A stretch of DNA of 58,903 nucleotides, counting the filler. It is 8 parts of 8 records of this genome, joined end to end, with 100 filler letters (N's around TTAATTAATTAA, not from the genome) between each part and the next. Parts side by side here need not be neighbours in the genome. Positions count along the whole stretch, not along the records: positions 1 to 6,477 come from SRR31147125_764; positions 6,578 to 14,280 come from SRR31147125_778; 6 more parts are not named here. One strand, given 5' to 3'. Below, one piece after another: positions 1 through 10,116 of the stretch; position 1 is the stretch's first letter; every line of letters begins with the position of its first letter. Below the pieces are notes generated by a model. It saw nothing but the letters and a program-made list of their open reading frames with translations. It ran no database searches and was not told the origin of the DNA. The translations under genes and the position numbers were made by a program.

Positions 1-2
1 GA

Positions 3-1034
3 TATCAAATTTCGTTTAGACAAGCTGCTCTAATATTCAATAAAGAGTTAGTTGACAAATATGATTTGAAAGATGAAATATTTGCAATTGAAAGCATAGA
101 TGACTTAACACCAATACTTGAAGTCATTAAAGAGAATGAACCAGACTACATCATGTCAGATCTTAATATGGAATACTTTATGTTCTATCCATTCACAGAA
201 GATACATATTTATCTAATGTACTTGGCGGAGATGCATGCATCTATCTTACATACGATGGTGAAGTTAAATCATCTCTTGACGATGAAGTATATCAGTTAG
301 ACTTAGCAAATTATCAACGTGCAGTTGAATGGTATAATGCTGGCTATTTTCACTCAGATGTTGGAATGGGACTACAAAGCGACTTTACTGAAGAAAGAGC
401 AGTTGGTAAATTCTTTGTTATTAATGACGTAAATAAACCAGGAATTGAAGCAGACATGCTTAACAGATACGGATATGAAGTATATTGCGTGCCAATGGGA
501 ATGAGCACAATATCAACAGGTTCTATTACATCAAATATGACAGTTGTAAGTGCTACATCTGAAAACCCAGAAAGAGCAGTTATGTTGTTAGAGCTTATGA
601 ACACAAATGTTGATCTATATAATACTATCGTATTTGGTCTTGAGGGAACACAATATGAGAAAGTTTCAGAAGATAGAATAGAAGTAATAGATGTTGATTC
701 ATATTCAGGATATGCATGGATGATGGGTAACCAATTTAATGCTTATAAAATTACTGGACAATCGGACGATGTATGGGAAGTAACAATACAGCTTAATGAA
801 GAAGCATTAGCAGCACCTGACTTAGGATTTTATTTTGAAGATGACAATGTTAGGACAGAGCTTGCAAATGTGAATGCGGTTTATACGGAATACAAAGATA
901 TACTATATTATGGATTAGTAGAAGATATAGAATCAGTTCTTATTGAGAGGAATGAGAAGCTTGAAAAAGCTGGTCTTCAAGAAGTTATTGATGAAATGCA
1001 AAGACAATACGACGAATGGATTAGTAATCAATAA
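3..1034 (+). CDS. Sugar ABC transporter substrate-binding protein (DUF3502-type C-terminus), 5'-truncated
   Basis: The frame is open back to the contig start (YQISFRQAALIFNKELVDKYDL...). Segments 'SENPERAVMLLELM', 'FGLEGTQY', 'LGFYF' and 'KAGLQEVIDEMQRQYDEW' are typical of Firmicutes LplA/DUF3502 binding proteins. Confidence 0.85.
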   Translation, partial: YQISFRQAALIFNKELVDKYDLKDEIFAIESIDDLTPILEVIKENEPDYIMSDLNMEYFMFYPFTEDTYLSNVLGGDACIYLTYDGEVKSSLDDEVYQLDLANYQRAVEWYNAGYFHSDVGMGLQSDFTEERAVGKFFVINDVNKPGIEADMLNRYGYEVYCVPMGMSTISTGSITSNMTVVSATSENPERAVMLLELMNTNVDLYNTIVFGLEGTQYEKVSEDRIEVIDVDSYSGYAWMMGNQFNAYKITGQSDDVWEVTIQLNEEALAAPDLGFYFEDDNVRTELANVNAVYTEYKDILYYGLVEDIESVLIERNEKLEKAGLQEVIDEMQRQYDEWISNQ

Positions 1035-1051
1035 AAAAGTAGATAATTATG

Positions 1052-1085
1052 ATATTAGAAAATGCCTTAGGGCATTTTCTAATAT
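1052..1085 (+). terminator. 15-bp perfect inverted repeat after the binding-protein gene (terminator or mRNA-stabilising hairpin)
   Basis: ATATTAGAAAATGCC-TTAG-GGCATTTTCTAATAT; no clear U-tract follows. Confidence 0.6.
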
Positions 1086-1135
1086 AACCATTAATTTAAT
1101 AATTACTGAATCAAATAAAATCACGGGAGAATGAA

Positions 1136-1987
1136 ATGGCTTTTGTTAGTTCCAAGGAAATTATAAATAAAGCATGGCAGCAAAATTATGCAGTGCCAGC
1201 GTTTAATGTCGAAAATATGGAGATGGCCATGGCGGTTATAAAATCTGCTAATGAGCTTAATTCACCGGTTATTATTCAAACTACATCATCGACTATTAAG
1301 TATGCAACCACGGGAATATATTCTGCACTGGTTAAGTCTATAGCTAAGAATGTTGAAATACCTGTTGCACTCCATTTGGATCATGGAGTTAGTTACGAAA
1401 TTGTAAAGAATGCTATTGAAAACGGATACACATCTGTAATGATAGATGGCTCGAAGCTTCCTTTTGAAGAAAACATTCAGGTAACAAAAAAAGTTGTTGA
1501 ATATGCTAGATACAATAATGTACCAGTTGAAGGTGAATTGGGAAAAGTAGGAGGAAAGGAAGATGAACTTGAATCTGAAATTACAGAAAGTTATACAGAC
1601 CCTGAAGAAGCTTTAGAATTCACAGATAAGACAGGAGTAGACTTTTTAGCTATTGCAATAGGAACAGCACATGGTGTATATAAGAAAACTCCAAATATAA
1701 ACATTGATAAAGTAGATGAGCTTAAAAGAAAGCTAAAAGTTCCTTTGGTTTTACATGGAACATCAGGTATAGATGGTGAAATTGTCAAGGAATGTGTAAA
1801 AGCAGGAATATGCAAGGTCAATTATGCCACGGAACTTAGAATAGCATATACAGATGGAGTAAAAGAAGCATTAGAATTAAATAAAGAGATATTGGACCCT
1901 AAAACATATGGCAAAAATGGCATGAAAAAAGTAGAAGAAATAGTAAAGAAGAATATCGGATATTGCTATAGCGAAGGAAAAGCATAG
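1136..1987 (+). CDS. Class II ketose-bisphosphate aldolase (fructose/tagatose-1,6-bisphosphate aldolase family)
   Basis: Motifs 'AVPAFN', 'LHLDH', 'SVMIDGS', 'VEGELG', 'GTAHG', 'PLVLHG' and 'KVN'. Confidence 0.93.
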   Translation: MAFVSSKEIINKAWQQNYAVPAFNVENMEMAMAVIKSANELNSPVIIQTTSSTIKYATTGIYSALVKSIAKNVEIPVALHLDHGVSYEIVKNAIENGYTSVMIDGSKLPFEENIQVTKKVVEYARYNNVPVEGELGKVGGKEDELESEITESYTDPEEALEFTDKTGVDFLAIAIGTAHGVYKKTPNINIDKVDELKRKLKVPLVLHGTSGIDGEIVKECVKAGICKVNYATELRIAYTDGVKEALELNKEILDPKTYGKNGMKKVEEIVKKNIGYCYSEGKA

Positions 1988-2013
1988 CAGAATTATTAAT
2001 ACTGGAGAATAAT

Positions 2014-3516
2014 ATGGATTTATTACTGGGAATAGATATAGGGACATCTGCGTGCAAAGCAGTAGTTTTTAATAAAAATGGCGAAGCTATAGCATCGGCA
2101 AAAAAAGAATATGATGTATATTATAAAAATGAGAATTGGGCGGAACAAAATCCCAATGAATGGTGGACCGCTGTTATAGAATGTATTAGAGAAATATTAT
2201 TCAATAGCTCAATAGAGCCGAATCATATCAAAGCTATAGGTGTTGATGGGCAATCTTGGTCGGCGATACCGATAGATAAAGAAGGAAACGTTCTATATAA
2301 TACTCCAATTTGGATGGATACACGTTCTGCTCAAATATGTGATGATATTAAAGAGAAAATTGATGAAAATCAAATATTTAATCTTTGTGGTAATCTTTTT
2401 GAGCCAACTTATACAACTCCTAAAATATTATGGATTGCAAAGAATAAACCGGAAATTTATAAAAAAACATATAAAATACTTCAGTCTAATTCATTTATAG
2501 TTTATAGACTAACAAACATTATTACACAGGATATTTCTCAAGGATATGGACTTCATTTTTTTGATATGAAAAACGGTATTTGGGATAGTGAAATGTGCAA
2601 AAAACTTGGAATCGATATTAACTTAATGCCAACAAAAATAAGTAAATGTCATGAAATAGTTGGCTGTGTTACGGATGGGGCAACAAAACTTACAGGACTT
2701 ACTATAGGGACACCTGTTGTAGCAGGTGGATTGGATGCAGCATGCAGCACGTTAGGAGCTGGTGTAATCCATGAAGGACAAACTCAGGAACAAGGTGGAC
2801 AGGCTGGAGGAATGAGTATATGCCTTAATGAATGTAAAACCCATAAAAAATTAATTATGAGTCATCATGTTGTTCCAAATAGATGGCTTCTGCAGGGAGG
2901 AACGGTAGGCGGCGGTGGTGTACTGAAGTGGCTTAAAAACGAATTTTATAAATACTCTAAGAAAGATACTATTAATATAGACGAAGATATTTTTAATAAA
3001 ATGAATAATGATGCTGAAGCCGTATCTAAAGGTTGCGACGGAGTAGTGTTTCTGCCGTATATGGCAGGTGAAAGATCTCCTATTTGGGACAAAGAAGCAA
3101 AGGGTGTTTTTTTTGGATTGACTTTAAAAACAAAAGCACACTTTACAAGAGCATGTTTTGAAGGTGTAGCATATGCATTAAAGCATAATTTAGATACAGC
3201 AGAAGATTCAGGAGTATCTGCTGAAAAATTGCATGCTACAGGAGGTTCAGTGAATTCAATTCTCTGGACACAAATAAAAGCCGATGTTACAGGTAGAGAA
3301 ATTCTAGTAACGTCATCCGATAATTCAACTGCACTTGGTGCTGCTATTTTAGCAGGTGTAGGGGTGGGCATTTACAATAATTTTGAAGATGCCGTAAAAA
3401 AATGTGTACGAATTGAAAGAGAACATATTCCGAATTTGAACAATAAAAAATATTTAAGTAATTATGCTACTTACTTAAGTCTATATGACAATTTAAAAGA
3501 ATTAATGCATAAATAG
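2014..3516 (+). CDS. FGGY-family carbohydrate kinase (xylulokinase-like)
   Basis: 'GIDIGTS', 'WMDTRS', 'FLPYMAGERSP', 'EGVAY' and 'ALGAAILAG'. Confidence 0.92.
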   Translation: MDLLLGIDIGTSACKAVVFNKNGEAIASAKKEYDVYYKNENWAEQNPNEWWTAVIECIREILFNSSIEPNHIKAIGVDGQSWSAIPIDKEGNVLYNTPIWMDTRSAQICDDIKEKIDENQIFNLCGNLFEPTYTTPKILWIAKNKPEIYKKTYKILQSNSFIVYRLTNIITQDISQGYGLHFFDMKNGIWDSEMCKKLGIDINLMPTKISKCHEIVGCVTDGATKLTGLTIGTPVVAGGLDAACSTLGAGVIHEGQTQEQGGQAGGMSICLNECKTHKKLIMSHHVVPNRWLLQGGTVGGGGVLKWLKNEFYKYSKKDTINIDEDIFNKMNNDAEAVSKGCDGVVFLPYMAGERSPIWDKEAKGVFFGLTLKTKAHFTRACFEGVAYALKHNLDTAEDSGVSAEKLHATGGSVNSILWTQIKADVTGREILVTSSDNSTALGAAILAGVGVGIYNNFEDAVKKCVRIEREHIPNLNNKKYLSNYATYLSLYDNLKELMHK

Positions 3517-3536
3517 AATAATTAGAGGGAAAAAGA

Positions 3537-4583
3537 ATGAAAGCAGCAGTATTAATTGAAAAAAATAGAATCGAGTACTCAGAATATGAAACTCCTGAAA
3601 TTAAACCTAATCATGTGAAAATAAAGGTAAAAGTTTGTGGGATATGCGGATCTGATATTCCTCGTGTTTTGGGAGATGAGTCGCATTATTATCCAAATGT
3701 TTTAGGACATGAATTTTCGGGAGATGTAGTGGAAATTGGTGAAGGTGTGACTAAAATTAAAATTGGAGATAAAGTATCTGGTGTTCCTCTAAAGCCATGT
3801 ATGAAATGCGAAGATTGTCAAAAAGGTAATTATTCATTATGTAACAATTACAGCTTTATTGGTTCAAGAGAACAGGGTGCTTTTGCAGAATATATAGTTA
3901 TACCAGAAGAAAATGCAGTAGTTTTTGATAAGAACATTAAATATGAACAAGGAGCTCTTTTTGAGCCATCGACAGTTGCATTGCATGGAGTTTTTAATAA
4001 TAACTTTAAAGGCGGGTTTGATGCTGTGATATTAGGCTTCGGTAACATAGGTATTTTTACTGCACAATGGGTAAAGATACTAGGAGCAAGGAACGTAGTA
4101 GTAATCGATATAGATAATAAAAGACTCGAACTTGCAAATAAAATCGGATTCGAACATGCATATAATTCATTAAACTTAGACTTTAAAGAAAAAATAGAAT
4201 CTGTTGTGAGTAAAAAAGGATTTGAATATGTTTTTGAAACAGCAGGTGCGGCTGCTACTATGAACTTATCATTTGAACTTGCATCAAAAAAAGCAAATGT
4301 ATGCTTTATAGGCACACCGCACAGTAGTATAACTTTTTCCCAAAAGCAATGGGAATTAATGAACAGAAAAGAGTTCTTGCTTACAGGCTCTTGGATGTCG
4401 TATTCTGCACCGTTTCCGGGCAAGGAATGGAAAATGACCGCATATTATTTTGGTATTGGCAAATTAAAGTATTGTGAAGAAATGATATTTATGAAGTTTC
4501 CAATGTATGAATGTGATAAGGCATTTGAAATGTACAAGACTCCTAACAACGTAAAAGGCAAAATAGTATTAGTAAATGAATAA
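3537..4583 (+). CDS. Zn-dependent polyol dehydrogenase (galactitol-1-phosphate 5-dehydrogenase/sorbitol dehydrogenase-like, MDR family)
   Basis: 'CGICGSD', 'LGHEFSG', structural Zn site 'CMKCEDCQKGNYSLC', and Rossmann motif 'GFGNIG'. Confidence 0.9.
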   Translation: MKAAVLIEKNRIEYSEYETPEIKPNHVKIKVKVCGICGSDIPRVLGDESHYYPNVLGHEFSGDVVEIGEGVTKIKIGDKVSGVPLKPCMKCEDCQKGNYSLCNNYSFIGSREQGAFAEYIVIPEENAVVFDKNIKYEQGALFEPSTVALHGVFNNNFKGGFDAVILGFGNIGIFTAQWVKILGARNVVVIDIDNKRLELANKIGFEHAYNSLNLDFKEKIESVVSKKGFEYVFETAGAAATMNLSFELASKKANVCFIGTPHSSITFSQKQWELMNRKEFLLTGSWMSYSAPFPGKEWKMTAYYFGIGKLKYCEEMIFMKFPMYECDKAFEMYKTPNNVKGKIVLVNE

Positions 4584-4617
4584 ATAAAAAAATCATTTAA
4601 AGAAAAAGGAGAATAAA

Positions 4618-5646
4618 ATGCATAAAGATATTTTAAATAATGTTAATCCTAAAAGTGTTCCAAATAGGCTTTTATCAAATGGACTTGAAATGCCATGCAT
4701 GGGAATGGGGACATTCGGCTCTGACAGATTTACTCCTGATCAAGTAGCATCTGCAGTAAAGGGAGCGATTGATGTTGGATACAGGATGTTTGACTGCGCA
4801 TCAGTATATGGTAATGAGCATCTTATAGGAAAAGTTTTTGAAGAGGTGTTTAATACCGGCAAGATAAAAAGAGATGAATTATTTATTACTTCTAAAGTAT
4901 GGAATGATATGCACGGTGATGGAGATGTACTTATATCCCTTGCAAAAACCTTGAAAGATTTAAAATCAGATTATATTGATGCATATTTTGTTCACTGGCC
5001 ATTTCCGAATTATCATGCACCGGGATGTGATGGAGATTCAAGAAACCCAGAGTCTGTTCCATTTTGCGCAGAAAGGTTTATGAGCACTTGGAAGCAGATG
5101 GAGAGAATATATGAGCTAGGGCTTGCAAAAAGTATAGGAATGTCATCTATGACTATACCTAAGCTTGATGCGGTATTGCCATTATGCAAAATTAAACCGC
5201 ATGTTATAGAGATGGAATTACATCCTACTTTTCAGCAAAAAGAATTGTATGAATACTGTAAAGAACACAATATTCAGGTAATTGGATTTTGCCCTATCGG
5301 ATCACCTACAAGACCAGACAGAGACAAAACTGAGACTGATTTAGTAGATATAACAGAGCCTGTTGTTGTAGAAATTGCAAAAAATCATAATATGCATCCT
5401 GCAGTAGTTTGCCTTAAATGGGCAGTGAAGCATGGGCATACACCAATACCCTTTTCAATAAATGAAAATGAGTATCTGAGTAATTTAAAAAGCACTGTAG
5501 AAGATCCTCTGACAGATGAAGAAATGGAAAAGCTAGAAACTGTAGATGCTAATTGCAGGCTGATAAAAGGACAATAGGTATTCTTATGGGAAGGTGCAAA
5601 GGATTGGCATGATTTATGGGATGAGGACGGAAGTATAACTAAATAG
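4618..5646 (+). CDS. Aldo/keto reductase; an in-frame TAG at 5575-5577 precedes a further 22 codons
   Basis: 'FDCASVYGNE', 'FITSKVWN', 'YFVHWP' and 'EMELHP'. After the TAG the frame continues VFLWEGAKDWHDLWDEDGSITK* to 5646. Confidence 0.85.
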
Positions 5647-5688
5647 GGTTACAACCGAAAAAAATATTATATTAATTTAAGGTGAGAT

Positions 5689-6124
5689 ATGCTGAAAAAA
5701 ATACCAAAAAACATTTCTCCTGAATTATTAAAAGTTCTTATGGAGATGGGACATGGAGATGAAATAGTAATTGCAGATGGAAATTTTCCTTGTAATAAAT
5801 TTGGGAATAAAGTTATAAGAATGGACGGGAATAATACTACTTACTTATTGGAGTCAATACTATATTTATTACCAATTGATTCATATGTGGAAAACCCAGT
5901 AATTTTAATGGAAGTAGTAAAAGGAGATTCTGTAAAAACACCCATTTGGAACTATTATAAAAAAACAATACAAAATAGCGAAGAGGCAAGTAAATTTGAA
6001 AAAGGATTTTTACATATAAGATAGATTTAATTTTTATGAACGGGCTAAAAATGCTTATGCAATAATTGCTACCAGTGAAACGGCACTTTATGCTAATATA
6101 ATTTTGAAAAAAGGTGTCATTTGA
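5689..6124 (+). CDS. fucU: RbsD/FucU-family mutarotase, with a +1 frameshift near 6018
   Basis: '[15 protein letters not shown]' at the N-terminus. The conserved C-terminus '[34 protein letters not shown]' lies in the shifted frame and ends at TGA 6122-6124. Confidence 0.85.
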
Positions 6125-6477
6125 TTAGGTATTAGCTTAATCGACTATTATATATTAAAGTTGATTTGATGATTTTAATTTTAATATTAGGAAGTTAAAT
6201 TAAATAAGATTTTTGCTAATATTTAATATGTGGATTGGATGCACTATTCTGGATAGTTTCCTTTAGGATTTCTCGCAAGAAAAATTTTATATAAAGTTAG
6301 CAGATGAACGATTGTTAAATCATTGCAAATGATATAAAAATATGATACTAATATTTAAGCTGAAATAATCAGTACAAAAACTGAATTTAAATGTTTTGTA
6401 TAACATTTGTATAACATGTACCTGTTGCGGAGGGTGACATTAACTGCGATAGTTGTGACAACTGCGACAAAATGGGT

Positions 6478-6577
6478 NNNNNNNNNNNNNNNNNNNNNNN
6501 NNNNNNNNNNNNNNNNNNNNNTTAATTAATTAANNNNNNNNNNNNNNNNNNNNNNNNNNNNNNNNNNNNNNNNNNNN
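6478..6577. other. Artificial contig spacer
   Basis: N-run + TTAATTAATTAA (stops in all six frames) + N-run, exactly 100 bp. Confidence 0.99.
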
Positions 6578-7065
6578 TGCCAAAACTCCACCTTGATAAT
6601 TATCGGAGCATACCGATGGGATGTTCGCTGAAATTACTCGGTCAATAGATATCACAAATGATTCAACGTTGATATTCTCGCTAAGGTTTTGTGTATGGCT
6701 TGCTATAATCACACCAGCTACTTTATTGGCGTTTAGCATGTCAAAATATTCGAGCTCTTTTGTATCTCGTGGTTTGAGTTGCATAAAAGAAGTTTATACT
6801 TATTTTTTGAAGCGTAGTGTTCAACACAGTTAATTATTTTACTAAAAAAAGGATTGTTTGCTGACGGAACAATCAAACCAATAACTTTGCTCCTTTTCAT
6901 GGATAATGAACGTGCAATTTCGTTTGGTTGATAGTTTAGCTCTTTCATTGCTTTTCTAATATTATTTTTTGTTTTTTCGCTAACATATCCACGTTCATTA
7001 AGCATTCTTGACACAGTGGTTACTGTCACGCCGCTCAATCTAGCTACATCTTTAATTGTTGCCAT
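6578..7065 (-). CDS. LacI-family transcriptional regulator, frameshifted near 6760 and 3'-truncated
   Basis: HTH 'MATIKDVARLSGVTVTTVSRMLN' and 'LNYQPNEIARSL'. The second frame gives 'VISIDR...VCSDNYQGG'. Confidence 0.92.
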
Positions 7066-7162
7066 ATTTATCTCCTAAGCTCAAATAGTATACACAATTC
7101 GAAATAAATTCCATAAGTAAGCCATATATGTTCATGTACAATTTAACATTCATTTTGACATG

Positions 7163-7178
7163 TGTCAACTGTTAACAT
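7163..7178 (-). promoter_or_regulatory. Candidate LacI operator overlapping the lacI -35 (autoregulation)
   Basis: Minus strand ATGTTAACAGTTGACA matches ATGTTAACCGTTTATA at 13/16 and contains TTGACA. Confidence 0.55.
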
Positions 7179-7322
7179 AATTATTATAAAATGAACACTA
7201 AAATATAGAGAAAAATACATAAATAAGGGCATATAACCATAAATATCGTCTATATAATTAGCGATACTTAAGGAATTTTATTAATAAACAATCATGCAAT
7301 TATATAATATAAAGCTATATTG

Positions 7323-7338
7323 TATAAACGGTTAATAT
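7323..7338 (-). promoter_or_regulatory. Candidate LacI operator
   Basis: Minus strand ATATTAACCGTTTATA, 15/16 identical to the site at 10049. Confidence 0.6.
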
Positions 7339-7459
7339 ATAATTTTTATTTAATATGATTGCCTGATAGATTGTTTTTATTAGATTAGGGAATGCTTTGA
7401 TATGAAATCATGTGATGAACGACAATATTAATAGTTATTTGTGTCCATATTAAAATGTA

Positions 7460-7508
7460 TTGACAGAAATATCTAATAGTAATATACTAAATATGTTAAG
7501 CGGTTATA
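7460..7508 (+). promoter_or_regulatory. Sigma70/SigA promoter plus operator upstream of esterase 1
   Basis: TTGACA(7460)-17 bp-TATACT(7483), followed by ATGTTAAGCGGTTATA at 7493-7508. Confidence 0.7.
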
Positions 7509-7545
7509 ATAAATATATAATGTTTGAAAATAGTGAGGTTTACAA

Positions 7546-8319
7546 ATGGCACAAATTCATTGCAATTTTAATTCGTATACGTTAATGCACGGTGTGGACA
7601 TTATGATTACGCTTCCCAGTATTGCGGCCAGTGATTTAGGACCGGATGCAAAGCCAAGCCATAAAATTGATGCAAAATATCCAATACTATATTTATTGCA
7701 TGGATATGGCAATGATTATTTATGTTGGCATCGTCATACCTCAATGGAACGATACGCTGAAGAACGCAGAATTGCGGTTGTTACTTGCTCTGTAGAAAAT
7801 AAAGCTTATATGAATATTGAAGCTTTAGGAGAAATGTATTTTGATTTTGTGAAAAAAGAATTACCTGAGTTTATCTGTTCTAACTTTCCAATCTCTGAAA
7901 GATGGGAAGATACATATATTGCAGGTTTATCCATGGGAGGATACGGTGCATTGGCGCATGGGTTGGAGCATTCAGAATCATATAGAGCAATAGGAGCATT
8001 TTCACCAGCGATTTTTAAAAAAGGTATTTTTAAGAATGATATAATTAAAGCTTATGATTTATATGAGCTCCTTGAAAAAAATGAAAAAGAAAAGCAAACC
8101 ATTCCGGATTTATATTTATGCTGCGGTAAAGATGATTTTGTTTTTGATCCGGTAGAGGAATTTCAAAAAACTTTGCAGTCGAAAAATATAAAGCATACTT
8201 ATGATTCAGTAGAAGGATATGAACATGAATGGGCTTTTTGGGATATGGAACTTCCGCTTTTTTTAGATTGGCTTCCGCGCACAGATGTATATGCATCTAT
8301 GGAGCGAAGAAAGATGTAA
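7546..8319 (+). CDS. Alpha/beta-hydrolase esterase (acetyl esterase/tributyrin esterase-like)
   Basis: 'YPILYLLHG', nucleophile elbow 'IAGLSMGGYGA', 'CGKDD' and 'HEWAFWD'. Confidence 0.9.
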   Translation: MAQIHCNFNSYTLMHGVDIMITLPSIAASDLGPDAKPSHKIDAKYPILYLLHGYGNDYLCWHRHTSMERYAEERRIAVVTCSVENKAYMNIEALGEMYFDFVKKELPEFICSNFPISERWEDTYIAGLSMGGYGALAHGLEHSESYRAIGAFSPAIFKKGIFKNDIIKAYDLYELLEKNEKEKQTIPDLYLCCGKDDFVFDPVEEFQKTLQSKNIKHTYDSVEGYEHEWAFWDMELPLFLDWLPRTDVYASMERRKM

Positions 8320-8369
8320 TAAGAAATATTACAAGTGATACATAATTTATTTTGTGACACGTACTTTTC

Positions 8370-8414
8370 TTACCTCTACGGTTTTTAAACGTCATATTAA
8401 AATCGTAGAGGTAA
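8370..8414. terminator. Hairpin between the convergent esterase genes (probable bidirectional terminator)
   Basis: TTACCTCTACG...CGTAGAGGTAA inverted repeat, extended by a further AT-rich stem. Confidence 0.6.
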
Positions 8415-8512
8415 TATATGATATGCTTTTAATAGATGCAAATCTGTCATTACTTTAAACAATTTCAGCAAGTTCGTATTATGTAATAGTATACTTTAGT
8501 ACGAGGACTTAT

Positions 8513-9670
8513 TTATTTTTTCCATAACAAGGGTAGGAAATCTCTAATACACTCTCTCCATACTTTCCATTCGTGTGCGCCAGAATATTCTTTGCGTATC
8601 ATGTTTTTACATGTTTCTGTTGATAGTCCCTTTTCTTTAAGAATTTCGTCATCTTCATAAAATATATTGACAAATTGATCTGTTAGCCCCATAGCTCTGA
8701 AAAAAACATTAAAACTTTTTTCAAATTCAGGCTTATTATCAAGGAAGTTCAAATGTGCATTGGATGTATCTTTACTCATAAGATTTCGCATGAAACCACT
8801 GAATAACCCGACGTATGAGAACATATCGGGATGGTCTAGGGTAATCATACTAGTTTGCATGGATCCCATTGAAAGTCCTGCCATTGCGCGGTTTTCTTTA
8901 CCGGGGGCTACACGAAAGCGACTTTCGATATAGGGTATGCAGTCATTCAGCAATAAATTTTCGAAAGCACCGGCATCCAAATAACGCTCTCCTTCTGCAT
9001 TGGGTAGCATTACCATGCCGTTGTTCATTACTATAATGCATGGTGCTGCTTGGTTTGCATTCAGCAGATTATCCATTATAAAATTCACTTTTCCCTGCCA
9101 CACCCAGCACTTTTCATTTTCTCCATGCCCGTGTTGAAGATATAAAACAGGATATTTTTTCTGTGGAAAATTATCATATTCCGGTGGTGTGTATACTACG
9201 CATGCCTCATATTTTTTCGTGGTCTCAGAATAGAAATATTCATGGCGGACACTACCGTGAGGCGTGTTTTTGATTTCAAAAAAACTATCACTTTTTGCTG
9301 GAACATCCACATAGTTAATAGGGTGGCAAGAGCCGAAACCGATTGGTGCCATTTCATTCAGAACTTTACTGCCATCAACATAGAAAGAAATTGTTAGGAA
9401 TCCGTCAGGAGCATCTTTAATGCTCTTTTCCCACAGACCATTTTCTTTTTTATTCAGTTCATATTCTTTGTCAGGTAGAATAAGCACCTTAACATTTTTC
9501 GCATTTGGGGCATACATTGAAAAGAATATTTCGCCGTCTGCATTGACTCGTGCACCACAGGGAATTATATCTTTTGCTTTGCTATTTGGAGGAGCTGTTG
9601 GATTCATATTAACAGATATCTGAGTTCCAAAAGCGGTACTTGACTGTGTATAAACTTGGTTTCGATTCAT
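8513..9670 (-). CDS. Esterase with N-terminal E-set/CBM48-like domain (CE1-like)
   Basis: 'FSMYAPNAKNV', 'PHGSV', 'VYTPPEY', 'YPVLYLQHG', 'AMAGLSMG' and 'HEWKVWR'. Confidence 0.88.
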   Translation of the reverse strand: MNRNQVYTQSSTAFGTQISVNMNPTAPPNSKAKDIIPCGARVNADGEIFFSMYAPNAKNVKVLILPDKEYELNKKENGLWEKSIKDAPDGFLTISFYVDGSKVLNEMAPIGFGSCHPINYVDVPAKSDSFFEIKNTPHGSVRHEYFYSETTKKYEACVVYTPPEYDNFPQKKYPVLYLQHGHGENEKCWVWQGKVNFIMDNLLNANQAAPCIIVMNNGMVMLPNAEGERYLDAGAFENLLLNDCIPYIESRFRVAPGKENRAMAGLSMGSMQTSMITLDHPDMFSYVGLFSGFMRNLMSKDTSNAHLNFLDNKPEFEKSFNVFFRAMGLTDQFVNIFYEDDEILKEKGLSTETCKNMIRKEYSGAHEWKVWRECIRDFLPLLWKK

Positions 9671-9874
9671 GTTTTTCTCCTTGTATAAAAATGGTTATTG
9701 CTGAATTGCGAATTAAACAGGTATGAATTGTTGCTTCTTATGGTTATAACAATAGGTTAAATTACGCAATTCTAATTAAGTAATTGTTAGGAAATTAGGT
9801 CAATATTTATCGTATAAAACGAAAATATATATTTAAATTAAAAAATAATATAAAAGATATTTATACTTACAGAA

Positions 9875-9912
9875 ATAGTATCATGAAAAAAAATAAATGT
9901 CAAACGATTACA
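9875..9912 (-). promoter_or_regulatory. Promoter for esterase 2 with an overlapping candidate operator
   Basis: Minus strand TTGACA(9903-9898)-17 bp-TACTAT with an extended -10 TG. ATGTCAAACGATTACA at 9897-9912 is a 12/16 match to the operator consensus. Confidence 0.55.
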
Positions 9913-10009
9913 TATATAATAAACTTAATAAATATGGAATCGCTGTGCATATATCAAATATCACAATCAATTTAAGTGTTTTTAGAGTAAATGAACAAAA
10001 GAAAAGGTG

Positions 10010-10064
10010 TTGACACATATTATGAATGTGTTGTATAATGTTGAAAACATGTTAACCGTTTATA
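10010..10064 (+). promoter_or_regulatory. Promoter plus LacI-type operator upstream of the ABC operon
   Basis: TTGACA(10010)-18 bp-TATAAT(10034), followed by ATGTTAACCGTTTATA at 10049-10064. Confidence 0.7.
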
Positions 10065-10116
10065 CTAAAATTGAACTTTGGGTATGAACATAACTTATAC
10101 GAAGGAGGAAAAGGAT

